A stretch of DNA of 64,000 nucleotides from Thermoanaerobaculia bacterium (GCA_030429235.1 JAUIDB010000002.1:176769-240768), one strand, 5' to 3'; positions 1 through 10,057 are shown, counted from the first letter of the stretch. The notes: a model not told the origin generated them from the letters alone. Program-made: numbers and translations.

Positions 1-1419
1 GGGGGTCCCCAGGACCATGGCGACTTCACCGTCCCGCAAGAGCATGGTCGGGGACATCGAGGAGAGCATCCGCTTTCCCGGTTCGATGGCGTTGGCTTCG
101 GCTCCGACGACGCCGTAGAAGTTGGGCACCCCCGGTTTGGCGCTGAAATCGTCCATCTCGTTGTTGAGGAGGAAACCACCCTTTTCGACCACGACTCCGC
201 TGCCAAAGCTGGCGTTGAGCGTGTAGGTGTTGGACACGGCGTTACCGTGGGCGTCGACGATCGAGAAGTGCGTGGTCTCGGGGCTTTCGGGGAGTCCGGG
301 GTGGACGCCCTCGAGGGCCGAGATCGCTTGCAGATCGACCTCGCTGGCCCGTCGCTGTGCGTAGGTCTCGTCGACCAGTTGGTCGATCGGGACGGTGACG
401 AAGTCGGGATCTCCCAGGTATTCGGCCCGATCCGCGAACACCCGCTTTTCCATCTCGGCGACGAGATGAACGTATCGCCCCGAATTGTGGGGCAACCCAG
501 CGAACTCCGGAGTGAGGCTCTCCTTCATCTCGAGGAGCTGAATCACCGCGAAACCACCCGAACTCGGAGGTGGCGCCGAGAGGATCTCGAACTGACGCCA
601 GGAACTGGTCACCGGGTCGCGCCAGACGGGCCGGTAGTTGGCCAGATCCGTGGCCGAGATCAGACCACCGCCCCGTTCCATCTCGTCGATCAGAAGATCC
701 GCGGTCTGGCCGTGGTAGAAGCCGTCTCGCCCCGAGGCGGCGATGCGCTCGAGCGTATGGCCGAGGTCGGGCTGCCGAAACCGCTGGCCCGTGGTGACCC
801 CTCCGAAGGTGGCGTCGAAGTTCGTACGGCCGGCGAGGCTGGCGCTCTTCTTGGCGATGTGCTCGATCAGCAGCGGAGGAGCTTCGAAGCCTTGGTAGGC
901 GAGCTCGACGGCCGGTGCGACGAGTCGCTCCCAGTCCAAGGTGCCGTAGCGGCGGTGCGCCTCCCACAAACCAGCCACCGTACCCGGCACTCCCGAGCCG
1001 AGATGACCGACGAGGCTGAGGTCGGGAATGACCGCTCCCTCCTCGTCGAGGTACATGTCCCGGCTCGCCGCGGCGGGCGCGACTTCGCGGTAGTCGAGAA
1101 AACTCGCCTCGCCATCGACGTAGCTCAGCAGGAAACCACCACCGCCGAGATTCCCCGCCTCGGGCAGGGTGACGGCGAGAGCGAAGGCCGTGGCGACCGC
1201 GGCATCGATGGCGTTGCCTCCCTCGCGTAGAACGGCCTCGGCGACGTCGGCCGCGTGGGGCTCGGGGATCGCCAGCGCGGCACGAGAAGGGGAGTGAGCC
1301 GTGGTTGCCGTGGGCTCCGAGTCGATCCGGCAGCCACCGAGGAGGAGCGAGACCAGGACGAGAGAGACGACGAGGGTGCGAGCACCGCCTCGTCTTTGGG
1401 GGGCGTGGTGTTCCGACAT
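1..1419 (-). CDS. ggt: Gamma-glutamyltranspeptidase, lipoprotein precursor; the 3' end runs off the left edge so the C-terminal ~100 aa are missing. The six-frame track omits it because the ORF has no stop inside the window.
   Basis: Reverse-complement of 253..276 reads TTHFSIVD, the GGT Thr-nucleophile motif. The same frame reads back to ATG (complement of 1417..1419) giving MSEHHAPQRRGGARTLVVSLVLVSLLLGGC..., a signal peptide with an LGGC lipobox. Downstream residues include DAHGNAVS...GSGVVV and GFLLNNEMDDFS. Confidence 0.8.
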   Translation of the reverse strand, partial: MSEHHAPQRRGGARTLVVSLVLVSLLLGGCRIDSEPTATTAHSPSRAALAIPEPHAADVAEAVLREGGNAIDAAVATAFALAVTLPEAGNLGGGGFLLSYVDGEASFLDYREVAPAAASRDMYLDEEGAVIPDLSLVGHLGSGVPGTVAGLWEAHRRYGTLDWERLVAPAVELAYQGFEAPPLLIEHIAKKSASLAGRTNFDATFGGVTTGQRFRQPDLGHTLERIAASGRDGFYHGQTADLLIDEMERGGGLISATDLANYRPVWRDPVTSSWRQFEILSAPPPSSGGFAVIQLLEMKESLTPEFAGLPHNSGRYVHLVAEMEKRVFADRAEYLGDPDFVTVPIDQLVDETYAQRRASEVDLQAISALEGVHPGLPESPETTHFSIVDAHGNAVSNTYTLNASFGSGVVVEKGGFLLNNEMDDFSAKPGVPNFYGVVGAEANAIEPGKRMLSSMSPTMLLRDGEVAMVLGTP

Positions 1420-1473
1420 TCCCGGCAGTATAAGCGGAACGGGTGGAGCTGCTGCCTCTCGGAGGTGGCGAGA

Positions 1474-1750
1474 TCAGCCGGCGTCGGCTCGGCGCCGGGC
1501 CTTGTGGCGATACATCGACCGGTCGGCCAGGTCGACCAGTTCGGCGGGCGATCCTGCCTCCGAGGAGAGCGCGAATCCGACGCTCACGCCGACCTCGAGC
1601 GGTCCGGAGTCGTGGTCGATGGGGGTGGTCATCGCCCCGACGATGCGACTCGACAGTTCGGCCGCCACGCCGCGACGATCGATGGTTCGAGCCAGGACCT
1701 GGAACTCGTCGCCCCGCAGCCGCTGGATCAGGTCCCCGGCACGGCAGCAC
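1474..1750 (-). pseudogene. Remnant of a diguanylate cyclase (GGDEF) C-terminus, cut off by an in-frame TAG 10 codons upstream of the RLRGDEF motif. Degraded N-terminal TM-like fragments may continue to about 2125.
   Basis: Minus-strand frame reads *CCRAGDLIQRLRGDEFQVLARTIDRRGVAAELSSRIVGAMTTPIDHDSGPLEVGVSVGFALSSEAGSPAELVDLADRSMYRHKARRRADAG, i.e. RxGDEF ... SIG ... ADxxMYxxK. It has no intact upstream DxDxFKxxND region, unlike the intact paralog at 15740..16993. The short minus ORFs at 1728..1952 and 1880..2125 are hydrophobic and TM-like. Confidence 0.5.
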
Positions 1751-2190
1751 TAGACGGCCGGCAGAGTCGAGGCTGAAGATTGAGGTCGTGGCCGCCAGGA
1801 AGAAAGCCTGGCCTTGGATCGTGGCCAGGTCGGTTCCGAGGAGCCACCGCACGGCTACCCACAGAGCCACAGAGGGTCGTCAGGCCGATCGTGAACCACC
1901 GGTTCGAAGCGGAGAAGCAGGGGAACGCGACGATGGCCAGACTGATGAACACGAGGTAGAGGTCGTGGTCAGGGTACTGGCCTGGGCGACGACGAAGGCC
2001 AGAGCGAGCGCGGGCTCCGCCCAGGGCGGGTCTACTCTACGCCCGCGGCCAGACTGCCGCTGCTGGGACGTGGAAAGCGTGTGCATCGCCGCAGACGGTG
2101 CCCTTCGTTGGCGCCAACATCGCACTGGGCATCGCTGACCTCCCTGATCGAATCTCAGGGCGCCAGGTCGGCAAACTCCTGCTTGTCAGA

Positions 2191-3354
2191 CTACGGCGCG
2201 TCCCATCCGCTGGTATCCCCGGACTCGAACCCATCGAAGAACACGGGCACGGCATAGTCCCAGTCGGCCAGACTAGAAAGGGAGACTACTAGTGGACCGG
2301 CTGGATTGAGGTTGGGATCGAACTGAACGCTGTAGTTCCAGGCCAAGAGTGGGTTCTGGGGGTACGAGTAGCCGATCTCCTGGTTCTGGCAGAGCCCTAG
2401 GTTGGGTGACATCCCGTAGCGAACTCTGAGGTCGTGAGCGTTGGTCCCGCATTCGCCCACATACTGCAGGGTCAGAGTGTAGTCGTCGGCAGTTCCTGCC
2501 AACCGATCGGCTCCGGTACGGGCCATTTTGATCATGTTGACATCATCAGCAGACAGCCCTGAGAAGAACTGGCCTGCGGTGGCGCCTGAGTACATTACCG
2601 ACTGGGCCTTGGCGTAGCCAAGGTGAAGGCCTACGAAACGGTTGGCGTTGGCTCCTCTGCGGTCCCCGGATGGATGGGAGGAGCGGGCGCTGGAGTAGGT
2701 GTCACGATCAATGAGCGTCGAGTCCAAGACAAACGGGTCATTGTCGCTCGTGCGAAACCATGAGACTGAGAGTGCCTCCTCCCCCATCGCGTCGATATGA
2801 AGGTCGTCTGCGGTCCCACGGATACCGTCGACGCCAGGAGAGATGCCGTTGGCAGCAGCGACCACTCCGAGAGATCTGGTAAAGCTCGTTTCCTCGAAGA
2901 CTCCATCCCATCCAACATCCCAGGGCCGATTCGGATGGCCAAGTCCAACCGCGCAATGACCTAGTTCGTGTAGGAGCACGGTCGCTGCAAACTTAGGTCC
3001 AGATGGGAAGGGAGTGTCCTCCCACGGATGGCACCCATGGCAGTTCCGAGGAACTGCGACTGCTTCGTTCCAGATCTTGATCGACCACTCGAGACCGGGA
3101 AGCAGTTCCATGGCATCGGAATCGAGGCAGATCCGGAGGTTGAGTGCATTCTGCGTTCCGTCGTAGCCCAGAGGGTGCACCACTGCAAAGGGCGTAACGG
3201 GGCAAGCTGGGCATTGAGCGGCCGGATTCGCCGGGAGGCTTTCTTGGCAGCCCAAGGTACTATTACAATCCGCAACATCAACATACGAGCCGCCGCTGCT
3301 AGGACTTGTCGCCACGAGCGTCCCTAAGATCAAAGCGCTGAGAAACTTCATCAC
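2191..3354 (-). CDS. Secreted metzincin-type zinc metalloprotease (HExxHxxGxxH) carrying the C-terminal DGFESGDTSGW tail.
   Basis: N-terminal signal peptide MMKFLSALILGTLVATS and motif LLHELGHCAVGLGH. C-terminus reads ...VPVFFDGFESGDTSGWDAP*. The coding sequence sits inside the low-GC islet. Confidence 0.8.
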   Translation of the reverse strand: MMKFLSALILGTLVATSPSSGGSYVDVADCNSTLGCQESLPANPAAQCPACPVTPFAVVHPLGYDGTQNALNLRICLDSDAMELLPGLEWSIKIWNEAVAVPRNCHGCHPWEDTPFPSGPKFAATVLLHELGHCAVGLGHPNRPWDVGWDGVFEETSFTRSLGVVAAANGISPGVDGIRGTADDLHIDAMGEEALSVSWFRTSDNDPFVLDSTLIDRDTYSSARSSHPSGDRRGANANRFVGLHLGYAKAQSVMYSGATAGQFFSGLSADDVNMIKMARTGADRLAGTADDYTLTLQYVGECGTNAHDLRVRYGMSPNLGLCQNQEIGYSYPQNPLLAWNYSVQFDPNLNPAGPLVVSLSSLADWDYAVPVFFDGFESGDTSGWDAP

Positions 3355-3965
3355 TGATTCTCACTGCTTTCGAAGATCGCCCGGAGAGCTGACACGAGCA
3401 ACACGAGACCCTCGGGCTGTCTCAGCTGTGGAGTCCGCTCGGCCTGTTCCCACGGGTCCACGATCGAATATTCGACTACAAGAGGGCCCAGAGCTGCTTC
3501 ATGCGTGAGGTAGCTTGCACGGAGCTGAACGACTATGGCGTCGGCAGAATCCGACCTGTTGTTTCCGATGGACTCCCGAAACTCTGACTCCGAAACAGCG
3601 GCCATGTTGGCGGAACTCACCAGGTCCATCAGCGTGAGGATCTGACTCCTATCGATCGTGTGTTCTTGACGGTCAAGTGGCTGATCCCGGTGTGCCTGAT
3701 TCACTTCGAGACGTACAACCCGACCGTCCCCGTAGAGGTAATACTCCGGAACGTTGGTTCCGAGGCCACCATGCCAGGTGAGAAACAGGATCTCATCATC
3801 GCCGTGATTGCTGACCACGAACGGCAGACTCGCTTCATCGGGTTGCTCGATCATGGCCAGGGCGCTCACAACTATGCCGATAGACAGGGCGACTGCCAGC
3901 ACGAGCAACTGTGTTCGCCTCACGCTGGGGCGCAAAGTCCGACTACTAGAACTCTTCACCACCAT
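3351..3965 (-). CDS. Hypothetical membrane-anchored protein; its stop overlaps the start of the metalloprotease, so the two look like an operon.
   Basis: A 204-aa ORF with an N-terminal TM helix (LLVLAVALSIGIVVSALAM). The 4-nt overlap with 2191..3354 suggests translational coupling. It lies in the low-GC islet. Confidence 0.5.
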   Translation of the reverse strand: MVVKSSSSRTLRPSVRRTQLLVLAVALSIGIVVSALAMIEQPDEASLPFVVSNHGDDEILFLTWHGGLGTNVPEYYLYGDGRVVRLEVNQAHRDQPLDRQEHTIDRSQILTLMDLVSSANMAAVSESEFRESIGNNRSDSADAIVVQLRASYLTHEAALGPLVVEYSIVDPWEQAERTPQLRQPEGLVLLVSALRAIFESSENQ

Positions 3966-4561
3966 CTCTTCTCCCCTGGAGCATTACTCGTATTCCAATA
4001 CTAGATAGTTACCTGTTCCAGTGCAACTGTACCGTGCCGCCTTTCGGCCTAGCCCTGGTCCTGGTTCAGGCAGCGGCGCTTGCCACCCACTCCCCAAAAC
4101 CGCGGATTGAACCCCATCTCGACCGTCCGCTCTTCAACCGTCCGCCCCGTCACCTACAAGTTCCCCTCCGCCGTCGCCCTCCCCCGCGACAGCGTCTAGA
4201 TCGCAGAGGGCACGCCGGTCATGGCGTTCGTCCCGCTCACCTTGTCCAATGGATCATTCGGCGTCGACCCATTCGTGTGGTGCACCAGCACCAAAGCGAT
4301 CCCCCTTCTTTTCGGCTGGGCTTCTCTTCATCACGGCGGCCGCCAGCGGATCAGTGGCCAGGCTACAGCGGAACTGTAGGGACTCACAGCTCGATTCTAG
4401 CGAAGGTCCGGTCGACGAACCGATCCTGGCGGGCAGAGGAGAGCGCTGCCTTCGAGGCACGTCAACTAGCGGCGACTCCCGGGGCTCGACTCTGGGCCCT
4501 AGATCGGACTGCCGACCCGCGGCGGTAACCTTTGGCCGCGCATTTCGTTAATACCATCGTG

Positions 4562-7201
4562 ATGTTTCAGTGCCGCGTTGTTGCCGTGGGATCGCTCTGT
4601 GCTTTCCTGATCGTCCCTCTCTTCGCCCAGGACCAGTCTTCGCGAACCTACGATACGCGGAGGATCGAGACTCGTCCGGTGATCGATGGTGCGCTCGACG
4701 ATGTGGCGTGGCAGGGCGGGGAGTGGACGGGTGGGTTCATCCAGCGGGAGCCGGTTGACGGCGACCCGCCGAGCGCCGAGACGGAGTTCAAGGTCGTCTA
4801 CGACGACGATGCGCTCTACCTCGCCTTTCGGGCCTATGACGATCCGACGCAGCTCTCCAGCATTCTGGCGCGGCGGGACCGATTCCCAGGCGACTGGGTC
4901 GAAGTCAATATCGACAGCTACCTCGATCGGCGGACGGCGTTCTCGTTCACGCTGAGTCTGTCCGGGACCCGGGGCGACGAGTTCATCTCGGAGAACGGCG
5001 ACAACTGGGACGAGCGCTGGGATCCCATTTGGGATGGCGCCACGGCAGTCGACGACGAGGGCTGGACGGCGGAGATGCGGATTCCCCTCTCGCAGTTGCG
5101 GTTCGACGCCGCCGACCAACAGACCTGGGGCCTGCAGGTACAGCGTCGCATCTACCGGCTGGAAGAGCGCTCGACCTGGCAACCGATTCCTCAGGACGTG
5201 GAAGGGTGGGTCAGCAACTTTGGCCAACTCTCAGGCCTCGAAGGACTGGAGCCGAAGCGGAAGATCGAAGTCGTGCCCTACGCCGTGGGTCGGGCCGAAG
5301 TGGCTCCCGAGGTGGCGGGAAATCCGTTTCAGACGGGTGGAGAGGAGACCCTCGAGGGAGGGATCGACGGCAAGATCGGAGTCACCTCCAGCCTGACCTT
5401 CGACTTCACGGTCAATCCGGACTTCGGCCAAGTCGAGGCCGACCCCTCTGAGGTCAACCTGACCGCGTTCGAGAGCTTCTTCGAGGAACGTCGCCCCTTT
5501 TTCATCGAGCGGCAGGACATCTTCGATCTCCGACTGGCGCCAGCGATCACCGGCGGAGCCTTCAGTCGCGACAGCCTGTTTTACTCGCGGCGGATCGGCA
5601 GACCTCCGACGTTCTTTCCCGAACTCGCCGACGGCGCCTACGCCGACCGACCCGACGCCACGACGATCCTCGGGGCGTTCAAGTTGACTGGCAAGACGCC
5701 CGGCGGGCTGGCGATCGGGATCCTCGATGCCGTAACCGACGAGGAGACAGCTCGAATCGATGACCGCGGGGTCCGATCCTCGGCTACGGTCGAGCCCCTG
5801 ACCAACTACTTCGTCGGTCGGTTGCAGCAGGACTTTCGCGACGGGGATACGCAGCTGGGTGGGATGATCACCTCGGTACATCGGGATCTCGATGGCCCGA
5901 TCGAGAACGCTCTGCGCCGCGAGGCCTACTCCGGTGGAATCGACTTCTCGACCCTCTTCCACGACCGAGACTATCGGTTCGAAGCCAGCCTGTTCGCCAG
6001 CGAGATTCGGGGTACCGAAGAGGTGATCGCCGACGCACAACGGTCTTCGGCGCGCTACTACCAGCGGCCGGACAACGACTCGGCCCGGTTCGACCCGACC
6101 CGGACCTCGTTATCGGGACACGCCGGGTCGCTGCGGTTCCAGCGGACCAACAACCACGACATCCGTTTCCAGACCGGGGTCGCTTGGCGCTCCCCGGGCT
6201 TCGAGATCAACGATGTTGGTTTCATGCGCCGAGCGGACGAGATCAACCAGTTCACCTGGGTGGGCTACCGCAAACGCAACTTCGGGCCGGTGGACCGCTG
6301 GAACCTCAACTTCAATCAGTGGCTCGATTGGGATTCGAGTGGCAACTTCCTCGGCGCTCGGTTCAACGTGAACACCAACTTTCAACTGTCGAGCAAGTGG
6401 AACACGGGTGCCTCCCTCGGTCGCGAGCAGGAGTACCTCTCCAACACCCAGCTGCGCGGCGGCCCCGCCTCGCGCTGGCCGGGGGGCTGGGACGGCGAGG
6501 TGTGGGTCAACAGCGACGACCGCAAGGTCCTGTCGTTCGGCGCGGGCATCTACCGCGATCAGGCCGACAGCGGAGCCGGATACTCGCAGTCGCAGTGGTT
6601 CGAAGTACGCTGGCGACCGAGCAGTTCGCTCCGGGTCACGGTGGAGCCGGTGTTGCGCACGTCCGAGAGGGAGATGCAGTACATCCGCACGCTCGACCTC
6701 GAGGGAGAGTCCCGCTACCTCTTCGGCCATCTCGACCAGGATACCCTGTCGCTCGAGGTTCGGGTCGACTACGCGCTCACTCCCAATCTGACGATCCAGT
6801 ACTACGGCGAGCCGTTCGCAGCGCGGGGGCGCTATTCCGAACTGAAGCGTATCGTCGACCCGAGAGCCGATCGCTACCGCGACCGCTGGGCTGCCTACTC
6901 TCCCACGCAGTTGGCGTACGACGCCACGACCCAGCAGTACCGTCTCGACGAAGACCGAGACGGGACCGTCGACGCCGTGATCTCGGACCCCGATTTCGAC
7001 TTTCGCGCACTCAACTCGAACCTCGTGGTCCGCTGGGAGTTTCAGCCGGGTTCGACCCTGTTCGTCGTCTGGTCCGAGTCCAGGATCGACACCGAGCTGC
7101 TTCCGGGTTCGTTGGATGCGGGGCGAGACTTCGAGCAGATCTTCTCGTCGGAACCGACCGACGCCTTTCTGATCAAGGTCAGCAAATGGCTCTCCTTCTG
7201 A
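4562..7201 (+). CDS. Outer-membrane protein with a CBM9-like N-terminal domain and a DUF5916-like β-barrel.
   Basis: Signal peptide MFQCRVVAVGSLCAFLIVPLFAQ and a long ORF. The layout and residue patterns (RIETRPVIDGALDDVAWQ..., FRAYDD) match the CBM9/DUF5916 family. Confidence 0.55.
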   Translation: MFQCRVVAVGSLCAFLIVPLFAQDQSSRTYDTRRIETRPVIDGALDDVAWQGGEWTGGFIQREPVDGDPPSAETEFKVVYDDDALYLAFRAYDDPTQLSSILARRDRFPGDWVEVNIDSYLDRRTAFSFTLSLSGTRGDEFISENGDNWDERWDPIWDGATAVDDEGWTAEMRIPLSQLRFDAADQQTWGLQVQRRIYRLEERSTWQPIPQDVEGWVSNFGQLSGLEGLEPKRKIEVVPYAVGRAEVAPEVAGNPFQTGGEETLEGGIDGKIGVTSSLTFDFTVNPDFGQVEADPSEVNLTAFESFFEERRPFFIERQDIFDLRLAPAITGGAFSRDSLFYSRRIGRPPTFFPELADGAYADRPDATTILGAFKLTGKTPGGLAIGILDAVTDEETARIDDRGVRSSATVEPLTNYFVGRLQQDFRDGDTQLGGMITSVHRDLDGPIENALRREAYSGGIDFSTLFHDRDYRFEASLFASEIRGTEEVIADAQRSSARYYQRPDNDSARFDPTRTSLSGHAGSLRFQRTNNHDIRFQTGVAWRSPGFEINDVGFMRRADEINQFTWVGYRKRNFGPVDRWNLNFNQWLDWDSSGNFLGARFNVNTNFQLSSKWNTGASLGREQEYLSNTQLRGGPASRWPGGWDGEVWVNSDDRKVLSFGAGIYRDQADSGAGYSQSQWFEVRWRPSSSLRVTVEPVLRTSEREMQYIRTLDLEGESRYLFGHLDQDTLSLEVRVDYALTPNLTIQYYGEPFAARGRYSELKRIVDPRADRYRDRWAAYSPTQLAYDATTQQYRLDEDRDGTVDAVISDPDFDFRALNSNLVVRWEFQPGSTLFVVWSESRIDTELLPGSLDAGRDFEQIFSSEPTDAFLIKVSKWLSF

Positions 7202-7347
7202 GGCACTGGGACCGTTTCGTTCCGGGCGTTGGGAGAGCGTAGTCGGCGGGAGAGCGGGGTGGCCGGGGGACGGCCTCGAGTGGCCGGCCACGATGCGGTG
7301 AGGTGACCGGTTGACCGTGGGCGCTCCGATCACGATAGGATCGCGCC

Positions 7348-9870
7348 ATGCAACAGGGCCCCCGGGAGTCGCGCCTGGTCGGGCGCCAACTGGGTCACTA
7401 TCGGATCTTGAAGGAGATTGGGCGTGGTGGCATGGGGGTGGTGTGTCTCGCCGAAGACACTCACCTCGGACGCAAGGTCGCCCTCAAGGTGCTCCCTGCG
7501 TCGATCGCCGAGGATCGCAAACGGCTCGACCGTTTCCGACGGGAAGCCAAGGCGCTCGCCTCGTTGTCCCACCCGGGGATCGTGACCCTCTACTCGGTCG
7601 AGGAGGAGGATTCTGTCCACTTCCTGACCATGGAACTGGTCGAAGGGCCGACCCTGGGCGACCTGATCCGGGAGGGCGAGCTGACGCTGGAGCGTTGTCT
7701 CGAGATCGGCATCGCCTTGGCCAGCGCCCTTCAGGCGGCCCATGAGCATGGGATCCTGCACCGCGACATCAAGCCCAGCAACGTCATGATCGGGCAGGGC
7801 AACTGGGTCAAGCTGCTGGACTTTGGACTGGCCAAGCTCTCGCCATCGATCGAGCTGACATGGGCGGATGGCAAGATGGTGGAGTCGGCCCTGACCCAGG
7901 AGGGAAGCGCCGTCGGCACCCTGGGCTACATGGCGCCGGAGCAACTCGTGGGTCGGCCGGCCGACGAGCGTTCCGACCTCTTCTCGCTCGGTTTGGTTCT
8001 CTACGAGATGCTGACCGGGGCCGCACCCTTCGCCGGCGAGACGTCGGCGGCGCGGGTTGCCGCGGTGTTGCGCGACGAACCCACTTCCCTGAGGGAACGA
8101 CGCGGCGACCTGCCGCGGGAGCTCGTGAGGACGGTCGAGAAGTGCCTCTGCAAAGCGCCCGAGAAGCGGTTCGCCAGCGCGGCGGAACTGCTCGAGGCGT
8201 TGGAGGAGGCACAGCGGGGACTGGAGATCGAGAAGCTACGGCGCTCGGACCCGAGCTTGGCCCGCGCCCAGCGAGATCCGAAGCACAGACTCGCCCTGGG
8301 CGGGCTGCTGGCCGCTGGCTTTGCGGTCGTGTTGATCGGTCTGGTCTGGATGAACCGTCCGGGAGAGCCCGCTGGTCCGCCAGAGTCGGGACCGGGAGCA
8401 CCGGCTTTGGGTTTGCTGTCCGCGAGCGCAGGGGCGAGCGCGAGCGCCGACGCGGTCGAGGCGCGTCCCGTGCTCGCGGTGCTGCCGCTGAGCAACCTGA
8501 CCGGCGACCCCGAGTACTTCGTCGAAGGCATGACCGACGCTCTGATCGGTTCTCTCTCTCGCAGCGGGACCTTGACGGTGATCTCGCGACAGTCCGCCAT
8601 GCGGTTCCGGGGTTCGAGTCTGCCGCTCGCCGAGATCGCGTTGCAACTGGGAGCCGAGTACCTGGTCGAGGGGACCGTGGCCCGCACGGGGGAGAACGTC
8701 CACCTGCAAGCGAGAGTGGTGCGACCGAGCCCCGAAGAGCAAGTGTGGGCCAAGGTCTACGACCGGCCGATCGAGGAGGTCTTCACCATGCACGACGAGA
8801 TCGCAGGCAGCGTGGCCGCCGCGCTCGGGGTGCCGCCTGCGACCGGCTTCGTCAGTCGCGCCAACCAGCGCAACGCCGTCGATCCGATGGCCTACGAGGC
8901 CTATCTGAAGGGACGGTACTGGGGGTCACGGTACTCCGAAGCAGATCTACGGAAGTCACAAGGGTACTTCGAGCAGGCCGTGGCCATCGACGACGGCTTC
9001 GCGCGCGGGTGGGCCGGGTTGGCCGAGTCGTTGCTGTCCCTGGCGGCACTCCATAGTGATGCAAACGAGACCCTGGCGCTGGCCGAGGCGGCGGCGCAAC
9101 GAGCCGAGCAGCTGGATCCCAGCCTTCCCGAAGCCCATGCCTTGCTGGGGGATCTTAGCCTTCAGCGCTGGCGTTGGGCAGAGGCCGAGCAGCGGATCAC
9201 CCAAGCGTTGGAGCTGGACTCCAACTCCGCCGTGGCGCAACGACGGTACTGGATGTTGCTCGCCTGTCAACAGCGTTTCAGCGAGTCGCGCCGCGCGGTC
9301 GAGGCTGCCCACCGGTTGGACCCCCTCTCCGCCCCAACTCTGGCCAACGTCGGGATCCAGCATCTGTTCGAGGGCCGAACCGAGCAGGCGGAGCGCGTAC
9401 TGCTCGAGGTACTCGAGGAGTCTCCCGACTACGCTCTGGCCCACGCCTATCTGTGGCTCCTCTACCATGATCAAGGAGTCGATCCGGCCCGCGGTCAAGC
9501 TCTAGCGGCCTACCTCGCGGGATTCGGCTACGCAGAGGTCGCGCAAGGAGTGCGGGACCGACTGGATCAGGAGGGCTACGACAAGGCGTTGGTCTGGGCT
9601 GCCGACCAGGTCGCACGACGCGAGGATCCGCAGGGGAAGTTCTCTGCGGTCGCCGCCGGCCTGCTCGCGGCCTCCGGACAGTCGGAACGGGCGATGCGTT
9701 GGCTCAACGCCGCCTACGAAGGGCGCGTGTGGGACCTGGCCTGGGTCGGGGTCTCGCTCGACTACGCGAGCCTCTGGAGCCGCGAGGACTTTCGTGATCT
9801 CCTCGCCCAGGTCGGCGTGCCGGCTCCGCGAGCCGCCGAGCCCGCTAGTCGAACTGCGTCCGAATCATGA
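7348..9870 (+). CDS. Ser/Thr protein kinase with a TM segment and a C-terminal TPR-repeat domain.
   Basis: GRGGMGVVCLAEDTHLGRKVALK (G-loop and Lys), HRDIKPSNVMI, DFGLAK and APE motifs. TM helix LALGGLLAAGFAVVLIGLVW. C-terminal TPR-like repeats. Confidence 0.85.
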   Translation: MQQGPRESRLVGRQLGHYRILKEIGRGGMGVVCLAEDTHLGRKVALKVLPASIAEDRKRLDRFRREAKALASLSHPGIVTLYSVEEEDSVHFLTMELVEGPTLGDLIREGELTLERCLEIGIALASALQAAHEHGILHRDIKPSNVMIGQGNWVKLLDFGLAKLSPSIELTWADGKMVESALTQEGSAVGTLGYMAPEQLVGRPADERSDLFSLGLVLYEMLTGAAPFAGETSAARVAAVLRDEPTSLRERRGDLPRELVRTVEKCLCKAPEKRFASAAELLEALEEAQRGLEIEKLRRSDPSLARAQRDPKHRLALGGLLAAGFAVVLIGLVWMNRPGEPAGPPESGPGAPALGLLSASAGASASADAVEARPVLAVLPLSNLTGDPEYFVEGMTDALIGSLSRSGTLTVISRQSAMRFRGSSLPLAEIALQLGAEYLVEGTVARTGENVHLQARVVRPSPEEQVWAKVYDRPIEEVFTMHDEIAGSVAAALGVPPATGFVSRANQRNAVDPMAYEAYLKGRYWGSRYSEADLRKSQGYFEQAVAIDDGFARGWAGLAESLLSLAALHSDANETLALAEAAAQRAEQLDPSLPEAHALLGDLSLQRWRWAEAEQRITQALELDSNSAVAQRRYWMLLACQQRFSESRRAVEAAHRLDPLSAPTLANVGIQHLFEGRTEQAERVLLEVLEESPDYALAHAYLWLLYHDQGVDPARGQALAAYLAGFGYAEVAQGVRDRLDQEGYDKALVWAADQVARREDPQGKFSAVAAGLLAASGQSERAMRWLNAAYEGRVWDLAWVGVSLDYASLWSREDFRDLLAQVGVPAPRAAEPASRTASES

Positions 9871-10057
9871 CGCCCGGTTCGACCGCGCCGAGGTAGTCCT
9901 TGAGTTTCGTATCGTCACCGGCCTCCAGCAGCTCGGCCTCCTCGGAGGTGAGATCGTATTCGTCGGCCACAGCCTTGGGGTCTTCGGAGAGACGCCGCTG
10001 CAGGGCGCGGGACGCCGAAAGGTCGATCAGAAGCCTGGTCAGGGATGACTTGGACAT
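9845..10057 (-). CDS. Small 70-aa Nif11/NHLP- or LigA-like protein with a strong RBS.
   Basis: MSKSSLTRLLIDLSASRALQRRLSEDPKAVADEYDLTSEEAELLEAGDD... matches the Nif11/LigA helical pattern (LQxxLxxDPxAxxxEYDLTxEE). Minus-strand RBS GAAGGAGGAAC lies 6 nt upstream of the ATG. Confidence 0.55.
   Translation of the reverse strand: MSKSSLTRLLIDLSASRALQRRLSEDPKAVADEYDLTSEEAELLEAGDDTKLKDYLGAVEPGVMIRTQFD

Larger units (their letters stand above)
2190..4030. other. Lower-GC islet (~45-55% GC against ~70% flanking) holding the metalloprotease and hypothetical genes; likely horizontally acquired.
   Basis: Hand-counted 60-nt blocks: 3661..3720 about 53% GC, 3961..4020 about 43%, 2281..2340 about 53%. Flanks are near 70%. 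Confidence 0.5.

Noticed and set aside
242-1870. A 542-aa minus-strand ORF with an Arg/Pro-rich translation.
   Set aside because: It is in a different frame from the true ggt gene (TTHFSIVD frame) and has low-complexity R/P/G composition. This is a typical spurious ORF in 70% GC DNA.
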